64,000 bases of DNA from a virus: IMG/VR virus record IMGVR_UViG_3300027759_000063, positions 35,594-99,593 of that record; one strand, given 5' to 3'. Below the pieces are notes generated by a model, which saw only the letters and a program-made list of their open reading frames with translations, ran no database searches and had not been told where the DNA came from. Below are positions 1 to 7,965 of this stretch, in pieces. The translations under genes and the position numbers were made by a program. Positions within the stretch are counted from its first letter, which is position 1; the number at the start of each line of letters is the position of its first letter.

Positions 1-2
1 TG

Positions 3-695
3 ATTGATGTAATCTTGCATGCCTGCCAGTTTGGGTCTTAGATCTTGATCATACATGGTTACATTGAAGTCAGCACTGTAGTAACCAAACGGGCGAAACG
101 CATCATCACCTATGTATGTATCATTGTCGTGTGCAAGATGTTCTAGAGTTTTTCCTATTTCACAATAATTGAGATATACAGTGCCAAATTTGATCTCAAG
201 CTCACCATGCTCACGCATGATTTCTGAATTTAACCATTTGGTTTTTGGCATGCCAAACCAAGTACAAACGAATCTAGGACAAGGTGAATTCAGTGCAGTT
301 TCACATCTGTGAACTGCCAAATTCAAATTGGCCAATGCTGTGCGTACTTCGACCGGAGCATCAAGCCAATACTGTGATGTTTGTTGGTCTAGCAAACCGT
401 GATACTGTTCAAAAATATTGTGCAAATAGTTTAAACAATCTTGTGTGTATTCAAATTCGCGATCAACTATTGGCTGGTGTTGATTGATCGTAGCAATGCA
501 TTGTTGAATCATATCAACTGCTCGATCTTGCTCTTGTTGGGCGGTGCCAAATCCATAAAATCTATCCGGATTGTCCATGGGCCAAGCATGTCGTTGGCTC
601 ATGCGCTCAAGCCACAGTTTGGCCAAGGGTGTTTGTCTTATGTTAAAACACAATTCAAAATTGTCGGCCAATGTAATTACAAGATGCTGAGACAT
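3..695 (-). CDS. Hypothetical phage protein, 3'-truncated by the window edge
   Basis: Not in the ORF track because no stop lies in the window. Open frame from ATG 695: MSQHLVITLADNFELCFNIRQTPLAKLW...GTVYLNYCEIGKTLEHLAHDND...QDYIN. A consensus promoter lies 5 nt upstream. Confidence 0.8.
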   Translation of the reverse strand, partial: MSQHLVITLADNFELCFNIRQTPLAKLWLERMSQRHAWPMDNPDRFYGFGTAQQEQDRAVDMIQQCIATINQHQPIVDREFEYTQDCLNYLHNIFEQYHGLLDQQTSQYWLDAPVEVRTALANLNLAVHRCETALNSPCPRFVCTWFGMPKTKWLNSEIMREHGELEIKFGTVYLNYCEIGKTLEHLAHDNDTYIGDDAFRPFGYYSADFNVTMYDQDLRPKLAGMQDYIN

Positions 696-700
696 AACAC

Positions 701-729
701 AGTATATACTCTTGCAAAACAAAAGTCAA
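701..729 (-). promoter_or_regulatory. Sigma70-type promoter giving a leaderless transcript
   Basis: TTGACT-17 nt-TATACT-GTGTT-ATG(695); no SD. Confidence 0.75.
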
Positions 730-754
730 AAAAACAGGCTCCGAAGAGCCTGTT
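728..754 (-). terminator. Rho-independent terminator with UUCG loop
   Basis: Minus strand AACAGGCTC-TTCG-GAGCCTGTT-TTTTT, downstream of the AAA ATPase unit. Confidence 0.85.
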
Positions 755-760
755 GTAAAA

Positions 761-790
761 ACCCGGGGCGGAGCCAACCAATCCCCGGGG
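761..790 (-). ncRNA. Candidate anti-RBS stem-loop (3'-UTR sRNA or cis antisense element)
   Basis: Stem CCCGGGG/CCCCGGG with loop ATTGGTTGGCTCCG, complementary to GGAGCCA(A/G)CAAT at four gene starts. Confidence 0.5.
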
Positions 791-796
791 TAAAAC

Positions 797-889
797 TCAA
801 TCAGTGAATATTAATAGCAGTACAGTTAAGAACAGTGCCCACCACAGTTCACCTAACAGTACTAAGATGAGCACTCCAATCCAAGCCAT
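797..889 (-). CDS. 30-aa hydrophobic membrane peptide
   Basis: MAWIGVLILVLLGELWWALFLTVLLLIFTD*; ATG 1 nt after the ATPase stop (TAAC-ATG), suggesting translational coupling; below the track length cutoff. Confidence 0.65.
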   Translation of the reverse strand: MAWIGVLILVLLGELWWALFLTVLLLIFTD

Positions 890-890
890 G

Positions 891-1919
891 TTAGGCACTC
901 TTCATACAAGTTGTCTCAGCCATGCGCTTCCAATTGCCTGCAAAGCTCTTGCGCAAGTCTGCAATCTTCAGGGCCATGCGCAAGCTCATCTCACGCAAGC
1001 GATTCTGATTTGCTTCCATGAACTCCACAATCTCGTCCTGTACTACAGGCTCAAAATCGTAATCTGAAAACAGCACACCGTCCTTGGCAATCTGCTTGAT
1101 ACGCAACACCTTGTCACGCATGGTGTCAAGTGTCAAGTCCAGGTAGTGACAGCGTGATTGCAGTGCATCCAAGTGATCACGCAACTTTTGCGATTTCATT
1201 GTGTCAAACTTCAAGTTGGTGATAAAAATCACACTGCCTTTGAACTCGAAACGATCTGGGATGCCTTCACGACGCAGAGCACTAGACTCTGACAACCATG
1301 AAATTGTGCGCTTCTTGCCTGAGTCCAAGGCACCCTTCAGCAAGTTCAAGGCTACGTCATCAAGCAAAATGCTGTCACAGTCATCAAACACCAACACACA
1401 ATTGGCATCTGAATACTTGTACAGTGTCTGATACAAGCCAATAGGCGTTGCACTACCTTTCACAACTTCAGCACGGAGGCGCTTGCCTGCCAACTTGTCA
1501 AACAAGGTGGCCTTTTCGATCTCACGCTCGACGCCAAAGCTCTTGCCAACTCCAGGAGGGCCGCTCACAATCATGGCACGGATGTCACCGTTCACACAAG
1601 CCTTTGTCATCTCATTCAAGATGTCAAAACGCTCGCGAATGCGAGTCATAATTTGATCTTCAGTTTCAGTTTCAGTCTGTGCGGCAACAAAGGCCACGGT
1701 GTTGTCATTACTCACTGCTTCTCCATTGACATACTCGATGTCGCTAATGTTGTTGACTTTGATACGAACTACATCAAACTCGGGACCAAAGTAGCCTGCG
1801 CTTTGTACAGTCACAAAGCCACCCTTGGCACCAGTTTGAAATCCTTTTACAAGATTGAATGTTGCATTCTTAACTGGGTTGTTGCGATACACACCATTAA
1901 TCACTCGAATTGCACTCAT
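891..1919 (-). CDS. AAA+/P-loop ATPase
   Basis: Walker A GPPGVGKS, Walker B VLVFDD, sensor FITN, ALQSR arginine finger; AGGAG RBS. Confidence 0.85.
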   Translation of the reverse strand: MSAIRVINGVYRNNPVKNATFNLVKGFQTGAKGGFVTVQSAGYFGPEFDVVRIKVNNISDIEYVNGEAVSNDNTVAFVAAQTETETEDQIMTRIRERFDILNEMTKACVNGDIRAMIVSGPPGVGKSFGVEREIEKATLFDKLAGKRLRAEVVKGSATPIGLYQTLYKYSDANCVLVFDDCDSILLDDVALNLLKGALDSGKKRTISWLSESSALRREGIPDRFEFKGSVIFITNLKFDTMKSQKLRDHLDALQSRCHYLDLTLDTMRDKVLRIKQIAKDGVLFSDYDFEPVVQDEIVEFMEANQNRLREMSLRMALKIADLRKSFAGNWKRMAETTCMKSA

Positions 1920-1964
1920 TGTTGGCTCCTTTGAAATGCGTTGTTGTTTACTGTTTATGTTTCT

Positions 1965-1993
1965 ATTATAGCAAAAGTTGAATTAATGGTCAA
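1965..1993 (-). promoter_or_regulatory. Early promoter repeat, copy 1
   Basis: TTGACC-attaattcaacttttgc(17)-TATAAT with extended -10 TG. Confidence 0.85.
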
Positions 1994-2165
1994 CCGGGGC
2001 AAACAGTTCTTGCCCTTGTTGCACAAAAACAACAAACGCTTCCATTGTGCGTTCACTGTAGATCATGAGACCATGTTGTTTGATGTCTTGTAAAACTTCC
2101 AACAGGCCCATGCCCTGAAAGTCTGCTTCTTTTTGTATTTGTTTGACTGCTGTTGCAATCTGCAT
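1983..2165 (-). CDS. Small early hypothetical protein (60 aa)
   Basis: Start re-called to MQIATAVK, preceded by AGGAGCCAGCA. Confidence 0.75.
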   Translation of the reverse strand: MQIATAVKQIQKEADFQGMGLLEVLQDIKQHGLMIYSERTMEAFVVFVQQGQELFAPVDH

Positions 2166-2195
2166 TGCTGGCTCCTTTTTGCTTTGTATGTGGTT

Positions 2196-2243
2196 ATTAT
2201 AGCATTTTGGCAATTATTGGTCAAGTGCTACAAAAGTGTTACT
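2196..2243 (-). promoter_or_regulatory. Early promoter repeat, copy 2, with degenerate tandem operator boxes
   Basis: TTGACC-aataattgccaaaatgc-TATAAT (2196-2224); upstream boxes at 2224-2243. Confidence 0.85.
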
Positions 2244-2474
2244 TTTTGTTTTCTCAGCGCCAACAATTTCCCAATGACTTCCGTCACACTTGACAAAAAT
2301 CTTACGACCAAAAACCGTCACAAAACCATACTCACCGTCTTGATACACATTGACCGGATCAGGAATAATGGTCACTGTACGGGGCGTCTCACAGTAATCC
2401 CAGCGTCTGGTGGGCAGTTTATTTTTGAAGTACATGTAATTTTGACTACCTGTAACAAAAAGTTTTACCTTCAT
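2214..2474 (-). CDS. Small early hypothetical protein (86 aa)
   Basis: ORF with its own promoter and a GAGGG RBS. Confidence 0.75.
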   Translation of the reverse strand: MKVKLFVTGSQNYMYFKNKLPTRRWDYCETPRTVTIIPDPVNVYQDGEYGFVTVFGRKIFVKCDGSHWEIVGAEKTKSNTFVALDQ

Positions 2475-2504
2475 AATCTGCCCTCTTTTGCGTTGTATGT
2501 CCGT

Positions 2505-2552
2505 ATTATAGCATTTTGGGAATTATTGGTCAAGTACTACTAGAGTGTTACT
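2505..2552 (-). promoter_or_regulatory. Early promoter repeat, copy 3, with tandem operator boxes
   Basis: TTGACC-aataattcccaaaatgc-TATAAT (2505-2533); AGTAACACT-CT-AGTAGTACT overlaps the -35. Confidence 0.85.
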
Positions 2553-2757
2553 TTTTAAAAGCTTCAAAGAAACGAGTATTTATTTCGTCCATTTCTGCTT
2601 GCTCCACATAGAAGTCAGTAGTAGGATCGTAGTACTGGCCCTCTTTGTTGTCATAATACAACACACGGCCACTAAAGTTAAACGGGCCTTCCAGTCCTGC
2701 ACGAGCACTGTATCGGTCACGCATGACGTCTTGGGTGTCAACCACACGATATCCCAT
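2548..2757 (-). CDS. Small early hypothetical protein (69 aa)
   Basis: Start re-called to MGYRVVD after AGGAGCCAGCA; contains GLEGPF..GRVLYYD.KEGQYYDPTTDFYV. Confidence 0.8.
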   Translation of the reverse strand: MGYRVVDTQDVMRDRYSARAGLEGPFNFSGRVLYYDNKEGQYYDPTTDFYVEQAEMDEINTRFFEAFKK

Positions 2758-2786
2758 TGCTGGCTCCTGTTTGTTTGTAAGCCACA

Positions 2787-2834
2787 ATTATAGCATTTTG
2801 AGAATTATTGGTCAAGTACTACTAGAGTATTACT
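2787..2834 (-). promoter_or_regulatory. Early promoter repeat, copy 4, with tandem operator boxes
   Basis: TTGACC-aataattctcaaaatgc-TATAAT (2787-2815); AGTAATACT-CT-AGTAGTACT overlaps the -35. Confidence 0.85.
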
Positions 2835-3570
2835 GCCAAAAATTGGCTATTATGGGGTCATTGATTTCGTGTGGCTTGGGACGACCGTGGAATACTAGTA
2901 CACTGGTGCCTGGATTAAGTTTAGCCCCGGACCCAGGATTGATAGCCTGCCGGCGTTGAAAATTGTATCCACCATCTGCCACTTGCCAACGCCAACTTTG
3001 AATATATTGTTGATCAAAATTTCTTCTCTGCCGGTGATCAATTACTGCACCCAAGTAGTCTTGATCGCCTTGATATCTACGCACAGTGTCATCAATGTTG
3101 AGTCGATCAAAATCTGTCCAAACGTGTGCAAATCGTTCGGTGTTCCAATACATTATGCTTGAATTCATTCCTGAAAAAGAAGCCTGTTGCAAATATCTAA
3201 AATCTCGTATGGTCCAAAAATAATCAAGATGACAGTCTAACATCCAATCCAGTTGATCTATTATAACCACGTCAAGATCCATGTACAACAAATTGCCTGA
3301 ATGATGCTCGGGATTGAACAACTGCATCTTGTACCACCATTCACGTTTGGGTCCTGAAATGCCGGGCCATTCTTTCACCACATGTTTGATCATGTGCGAG
3401 GGCACTGACCTGTCTGCTTCAGTGTACACATGAAAACGTATACCATCTTGCAAATTACGGCTCAGCATGTTGTACAGTTTTTCCACATACTGCCAGTCAT
3501 AACCTGTACCGTGAATAACACAAGCACAGTCAGTTATGCTGTCAGGGCGGGCGCGATTCTTTTTAGCCAT
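2830..3570 (-). CDS. GT-A glycosyltransferase (GT8-like)
   Basis: WWYKMQLF, LYMDLDVVI (DxD), NSSIM, GDQDYL and FHGRPKP motifs. Confidence 0.8.
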   Translation of the reverse strand: MAKKNRARPDSITDCACVIHGTGYDWQYVEKLYNMLSRNLQDGIRFHVYTEADRSVPSHMIKHVVKEWPGISGPKREWWYKMQLFNPEHHSGNLLYMDLDVVIIDQLDWMLDCHLDYFWTIRDFRYLQQASFSGMNSSIMYWNTERFAHVWTDFDRLNIDDTVRRYQGDQDYLGAVIDHRQRRNFDQQYIQSWRWQVADGGYNFQRRQAINPGSGAKLNPGTSVLVFHGRPKPHEINDPIIANFWQ

Positions 3571-4385
3571 AGTCCTTGTCTCAATTCTTCCACAGTGTAT
3601 TCAGTGTGGCATATTTTAGCCAGCCATAATTCTCTATCAATATCATAAGGTTGTTCAATGTCAGGCATGCCCACTGCCACGGGATATGCCAGACTGCTGT
3701 GTGCCACAATGGGCCTGCAGCCTGCAATGCCTGCTTGGATGCCTGGTCCTGAGTTGTGATTTACCACAGCATGACAATTGAAGTGCATGTCAAAACTGTC
3801 GTAGGTGTTGGCCATGGGTTTAGCAACTTCCATTGTAACGTTGTCAGGCAGGTGTGGCATGCGTAATGGTGAACGTGGGTGAGCACGAATGCGTATGGGA
3901 CGGTCAGTGGAGTTGCGTAACTGTTGAATTTGCATCAACACCCATGATTCCATGCTGTCAATGCCAGCAACTTGCAAACTGTTTCGATGTTGTGCGGCAA
4001 TAATAATTTCGGGACCTGGATTCACCTGTTGGGCTAAACTTATTTGCAGATGCCGTGGACGACCTAGATCTAAATTGTGCTCATGACCGTAATAGCCATC
4101 TCTGGTGATGTGATTAACTGCCAGTTTCCAGGTTGTGCCACGATACAGCGCACCAATGTCTATCACAATCACCGGCCGGTTTTGGCTGCGATAATGTTCG
4201 TACACGGCTTGGTTAGGCCGCATTCTGCCATTCCACAGCACTGACCAAATCACTGCGGCATCTGCGGTCATGGAGTTTTCTTGTGTTTGTATGCCTGCGG
4301 CTTGGCAGCAGTCCAAAAACGCCGACATCACAGGTTTACTGTTCAATGCACATTGGGCAGGAAAATAGGCTATGGTTTTGATCAA
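3534..4385 (-). CDS. KpsS/Capsule_synth-like glycosyltransferase, paralog 1
   Basis: IRIRAHPR (HP motif), AVVNHNSGPGIQAGIAG, and the C-terminal W..x..EY/F..E...G signature shared with three paralogs. Confidence 0.6.
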   Translation of the reverse strand: MIKTIAYFPAQCALNSKPVMSAFLDCCQAAGIQTQENSMTADAAVIWSVLWNGRMRPNQAVYEHYRSQNRPVIVIDIGALYRGTTWKLAVNHITRDGYYGHEHNLDLGRPRHLQISLAQQVNPGPEIIIAAQHRNSLQVAGIDSMESWVLMQIQQLRNSTDRPIRIRAHPRSPLRMPHLPDNVTMEVAKPMANTYDSFDMHFNCHAVVNHNSGPGIQAGIAGCRPIVAHSSLAYPVAVGMPDIEQPYDIDRELWLAKICHTEYTVEELRQGLWLKRIAPALTA

Positions 4386-4388
4386 CTG

Positions 4389-4394
4389 TAAATA
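4389..4394 (+). promoter_or_regulatory. T4-like late promoter core (TAAATA), leaderless
   Basis: TAAATA-CTCTT-ATG(4400) at the head of the plus-strand glyco-operon. Confidence 0.65.
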
Positions 4395-4399
4395 CTCTT

Positions 4400-5203
4400 A
4401 TGAAATACACTGTAGTTACCACTTTTAATGCTGATGGATACAAGACCTATGGATCCAGAATGATTGATACTTTTTTGCGCACTTGGCCCAAAGAAGTGCA
4501 ACTACAAGTGTACGCCGAAGGTTGTGTTGTCAATCAGACTGCACCCAATTTACAAGTGTTAAGTTTAGAAGGGTCAAGCCCTAAACTTGTGGCATTTAAA
4601 AATACCTGGCGTGATGTGCCCAAGGCCAATGGTGATGTTTCTGCAGATCTTGTTAGATCAAAAAGAAAAGATGCAGGCAAAGGATTCAAATGGCATGCTG
4701 TGAGATTTGCTCACAAGGTGTATGCTATATTTCATGCCGCCCAGCATGCCACAACAGATTGGTTGATCTGGATGGATGCTGATATGATTTGCCATAGTCC
4801 CATGACAGTGGCAAAACTATCCGAGTTTTTTCCAGACTCCGCAGATCTTTGTTTTGCTGGACGCAGTAGAAAATTCACCGAATGTGGCCTGTACGGCATG
4901 CGCATAACCGAGCCTACAATCAAATCCTGGTTGTCAGATTTCCAACACATGTATGATCATGCTGAATCAGGTATATTTGCCCTGGATGAATGGCATGACA
5001 GTTATGTATTTGACGCCGTAAGAAAACGTCATGCCTTGCGTGAACTCAACTGGACGGCACACCTGCAAATGGGCGAAGGTCATCCACTAATCAATTGCGA
5101 ATGGGGTGCATATATTGATCACCTCAAGGGTGAGAGAAAAAGTCTTGGCCGTAGCCGGTCATCAGACATACGAGTCAAAAGAAACGAAAGTTACTGGAGA
5201 TGA
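4400..5203 (+). CDS. GT-A glycosyltransferase
   Basis: RFAHKVYA, LIWMDAD (DxD), ECG, EWHDSYVFD, DHLKG. Confidence 0.75.
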   Translation: MKYTVVTTFNADGYKTYGSRMIDTFLRTWPKEVQLQVYAEGCVVNQTAPNLQVLSLEGSSPKLVAFKNTWRDVPKANGDVSADLVRSKRKDAGKGFKWHAVRFAHKVYAIFHAAQHATTDWLIWMDADMICHSPMTVAKLSEFFPDSADLCFAGRSRKFTECGLYGMRITEPTIKSWLSDFQHMYDHAESGIFALDEWHDSYVFDAVRKRHALRELNWTAHLQMGEGHPLINCEWGAYIDHLKGERKSLGRSRSSDIRVKRNESYWR

Positions 5204-6003
5204 TATTTCTCAGCAAGAACGGTGATGACGAGTACATTGATATGTATGCACAAGGACTTGGACTTGAGCCCACACCGTTGGAGTCATGGCGTTATGAGGA
5301 CAGCACAGAGCCACTCATGCTACGTGGCATCATGAAACACAAGATCATCAAACAGTGCTGGGCAGATAACCGACCGTTTAGATACATGGATTCAGGTTAC
5401 CTGGGTAATCGTCCCAGTTTTAAAAATCCACATGGCTGGAAGCACTGGCATAGGATTGTGCCCAACAACCTACAACATGATCAAGTGATACCACGACCCA
5501 GTGATCGATGGAATCAACTGGGACTAGAAGCGGCCAATCGCCGACGTGGCAGTGCAATACTGATTGTGGCACCAGATGAAAAGCCTTGCAAGTTTTATGA
5601 CATAGAATTAGACACCTGGCTGGCAGAAACTGTGGCCACTATCAAACAACATACTGATAGACCCATCGTCATACGTGAACGCAACAAGAGTCGTACTGAT
5701 AGAAAAATCAATCGTGTGGAACATGCACTAAATGATGTGCATGCAGTTGTGACCTTTAACAGCATAGCAGGTACTGAAGCCATATTGGCAGGTACCCCAG
5801 TATTTGCCATGGCACCATCAAACGCTGCCAGACCAGTCAGCAACACAGACTTGAGTTGCATAGACAATCCATGGTTTCCAGATCGGGATCAGGTGTTGGC
5901 CTGGGCATATCATTTGGCCTATGCGCAGTTTCACATAGACGAATTCAAGAACGGACGAGCAGAACGTATAATTAAACAAACTGAGGAGATACTGAATGGT
6001 TGA
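5200..6003 (+). CDS. KpsS/Capsule_synth-like glycosyltransferase, paralog 2
   Basis: YMDSGYLG, HTDRPIVIR, AVVTFNSIAGTEAILAGTPVF, LAYAQF..E.KNG. Confidence 0.6.
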   Translation: MIFLSKNGDDEYIDMYAQGLGLEPTPLESWRYEDSTEPLMLRGIMKHKIIKQCWADNRPFRYMDSGYLGNRPSFKNPHGWKHWHRIVPNNLQHDQVIPRPSDRWNQLGLEAANRRRGSAILIVAPDEKPCKFYDIELDTWLAETVATIKQHTDRPIVIRERNKSRTDRKINRVEHALNDVHAVVTFNSIAGTEAILAGTPVFAMAPSNAARPVSNTDLSCIDNPWFPDRDQVLAWAYHLAYAQFHIDEFKNGRAERIIKQTEEILNG

Positions 6004-6643
6004 GCATTATGGATGGAAATTCCCGGACTTTGAAACACACCTTCCGCGAATGTTGAAGAAAAGTGTGGACAAAGGTCTCTCAGCTGAATATCAAGTTGCT
6101 GTGCGACGCCGAAGTATTGAACTGTGTAAAAATCGGGACCTGGCTCTGGACATTGGCGCTAATGTGGGCTTGTGGAGTCGTGACTTTGTTGGCAGTTTTG
6201 CTCGTGTGATAGCATTTGAACCAGTGGCTGTGTTCAGAGAATGTTTAGAACACAATGTGCAAGGCACAAATTTTGAAGTTCAACCAATTGCCTTGGGCGA
6301 TCAAGACACCCAAGGCACCATGATCATCACAGAAGATAATTCTGGTCACAGTCACCTGGACCCTGCTACCATGGGCACAGGCAACGTGCAAGTTGTTCGA
6401 TTGGACACACTGAATTTTCATGATGTCAGTTATATCAAAATTGACTGCGAAGGATATGAGTATCGTATTTTGCAAGGTGCAGAACAAACCATTCGCCGTT
6501 GTAGGCCTGTGATAGTGATAGAGCAAAAACCACATGATGCCTACAGCAAACAATACGGGCAGTTTGCGGCAGTGAAACTGTTGCAAGAATGGGGCATGAT
6601 CAAACTAGATCAAGTACGTGACGACTGGATCATGGGGTGGTAA
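5996..6643 (+). CDS. FkbM-family SAM methyltransferase
   Basis: LDIGANVG, AFEP, IKIDCEGYE, RPVIVIE. Confidence 0.9.
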   Translation: MVEHYGWKFPDFETHLPRMLKKSVDKGLSAEYQVAVRRRSIELCKNRDLALDIGANVGLWSRDFVGSFARVIAFEPVAVFRECLEHNVQGTNFEVQPIALGDQDTQGTMIITEDNSGHSHLDPATMGTGNVQVVRLDTLNFHDVSYIKIDCEGYEYRILQGAEQTIRRCRPVIVIEQKPHDAYSKQYGQFAAVKLLQEWGMIKLDQVRDDWIMGW

Positions 6644-7293
6644 TGACTGCACTTGATCTAGTAGAAATTAAAGAAGGATGGTATTGGCCAAAAGATGATA
6701 CCAATACTTGGAAATTTTTATTAGAAAATTTTGATTTGCCCGGCCGAATATCCAGTTATGTTGATGACAAAAAAGTTGTGGTACAAGCTGGCGGCAACTG
6801 CGGTATGTATCCAAAACAATATTCAAAAATTTTTGATGCTGTTTATACTTTTGAACCAGACTGGCTAAATTTTTATTGTTTAGCAATGAATTGCCCTGAA
6901 GAAAATATAGTTAAATCTCAAGGATGTCTTGGTAGTGATCCTGGATTGGTCGATCTTCATATCAAATCTAAGAGTAGAGGAAAAAGTTTTATCAACGGTG
7001 ATGGTCTTTATCCAATCTATCTGATAGATAATTTGGGACTGACAGCATGTGATTTGATACACTTGGACATAGAAGGCTATGAATATTTTGCTCTTAGCGG
7101 TGCTGTGTCTACTATCAAAAAATTCCAACCAATCATAGCCATCGAAATGTGGGATCCACCTCCAAATAAATATCTAAATAGATTTGGGGACAACATCAAT
7201 CAAAAAACCAAAGACCTACTGGCATCATTGGGGTACTCACATGTTGATACACTGAACGAATCTGATTGGATATACACATGCAAACAAAAATAA
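6643..7293 (+). CDS. FkbM-family SAM methyltransferase
   Basis: VQAGGNCG, TFEP, LIHLDIEGYE; start re-called to the ATG in the TAATG overlap. Confidence 0.85.
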   Translation: MTALDLVEIKEGWYWPKDDTNTWKFLLENFDLPGRISSYVDDKKVVVQAGGNCGMYPKQYSKIFDAVYTFEPDWLNFYCLAMNCPEENIVKSQGCLGSDPGLVDLHIKSKSRGKSFINGDGLYPIYLIDNLGLTACDLIHLDIEGYEYFALSGAVSTIKKFQPIIAIEMWDPPPNKYLNRFGDNINQKTKDLLASLGYSHVDTLNESDWIYTCKQK

Positions 7294-7964
7294 TTGTGTT
7301 ACAAAATAATCAGCTGTCGCAAACAGTGGCACAGGATTGCATAGAACAGGCCGCAAAATTTGGAATCACTGCTGAAGTGTTTGATGCTGTAAACGGATTT
7401 GATGCGCCAAGACATTTGGAATTATTAAACATCAAACCACTGGGAAAATTCAAAAAAGGGCGAGTGGGGATAATTGGCTGTTTTTTAAGTCATTATTACT
7501 TGTGGCTTGATTGTGTCAAACACAATGTTCCGTATCTTGTGCTAGAACACGATGGATATTTAATCAAACCACTGCCAGACAACATTTTAGACTTGTTTGA
7601 TGATGTTATAAAATTAGATTCTGGAAATCCTTACAGCAATTTGTATGAACACTGGTTGGCCACACACTCAAATGATTCATCATCAATTTGGACCATTCGA
7701 GATGGTGAACACGGCAGAGGTAATCACGAAACTGCTGCTGGCTGGAATACCATGGGAGCCTATGCCTACATCATCAAACCACATGCCGCAGTCAAGCTGA
7801 TTGACTGGGTCAAAGACCATGGTTTTCTTCCAACTGACTGGTTGATAGGTACAAAAATTGTGTCGGTGAGCCATCACTGTCCCTCTATTGCAAGATTACA
7901 TCCACTGTATGCAAAAGATGGTAATATTAAAAAATTATCTACAGAAATGAATCTGGAGAAATAA
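7278..7964 (+). CDS. Glycosyltransferase family 25
   Basis: FDAVNG, GCFLSHYYLW, LVLEHD, GAYAYII.P.AA.KL, PTD motifs. Confidence 0.85.
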   Translation: MQTKIIVLQNNQLSQTVAQDCIEQAAKFGITAEVFDAVNGFDAPRHLELLNIKPLGKFKKGRVGIIGCFLSHYYLWLDCVKHNVPYLVLEHDGYLIKPLPDNILDLFDDVIKLDSGNPYSNLYEHWLATHSNDSSSIWTIRDGEHGRGNHETAAGWNTMGAYAYIIKPHAAVKLIDWVKDHGFLPTDWLIGTKIVSVSHHCPSIARLHPLYAKDGNIKKLSTEMNLEK

Positions 7965-7965
7965 A

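Noticed and set aside
1965-2834. Regularly spaced ~30-45 bp repeats as a possible CRISPR array
   Set aside because: The spacers are 200-300 nt and contain ORFs, the repeats are promoters, and no cas genes are present.
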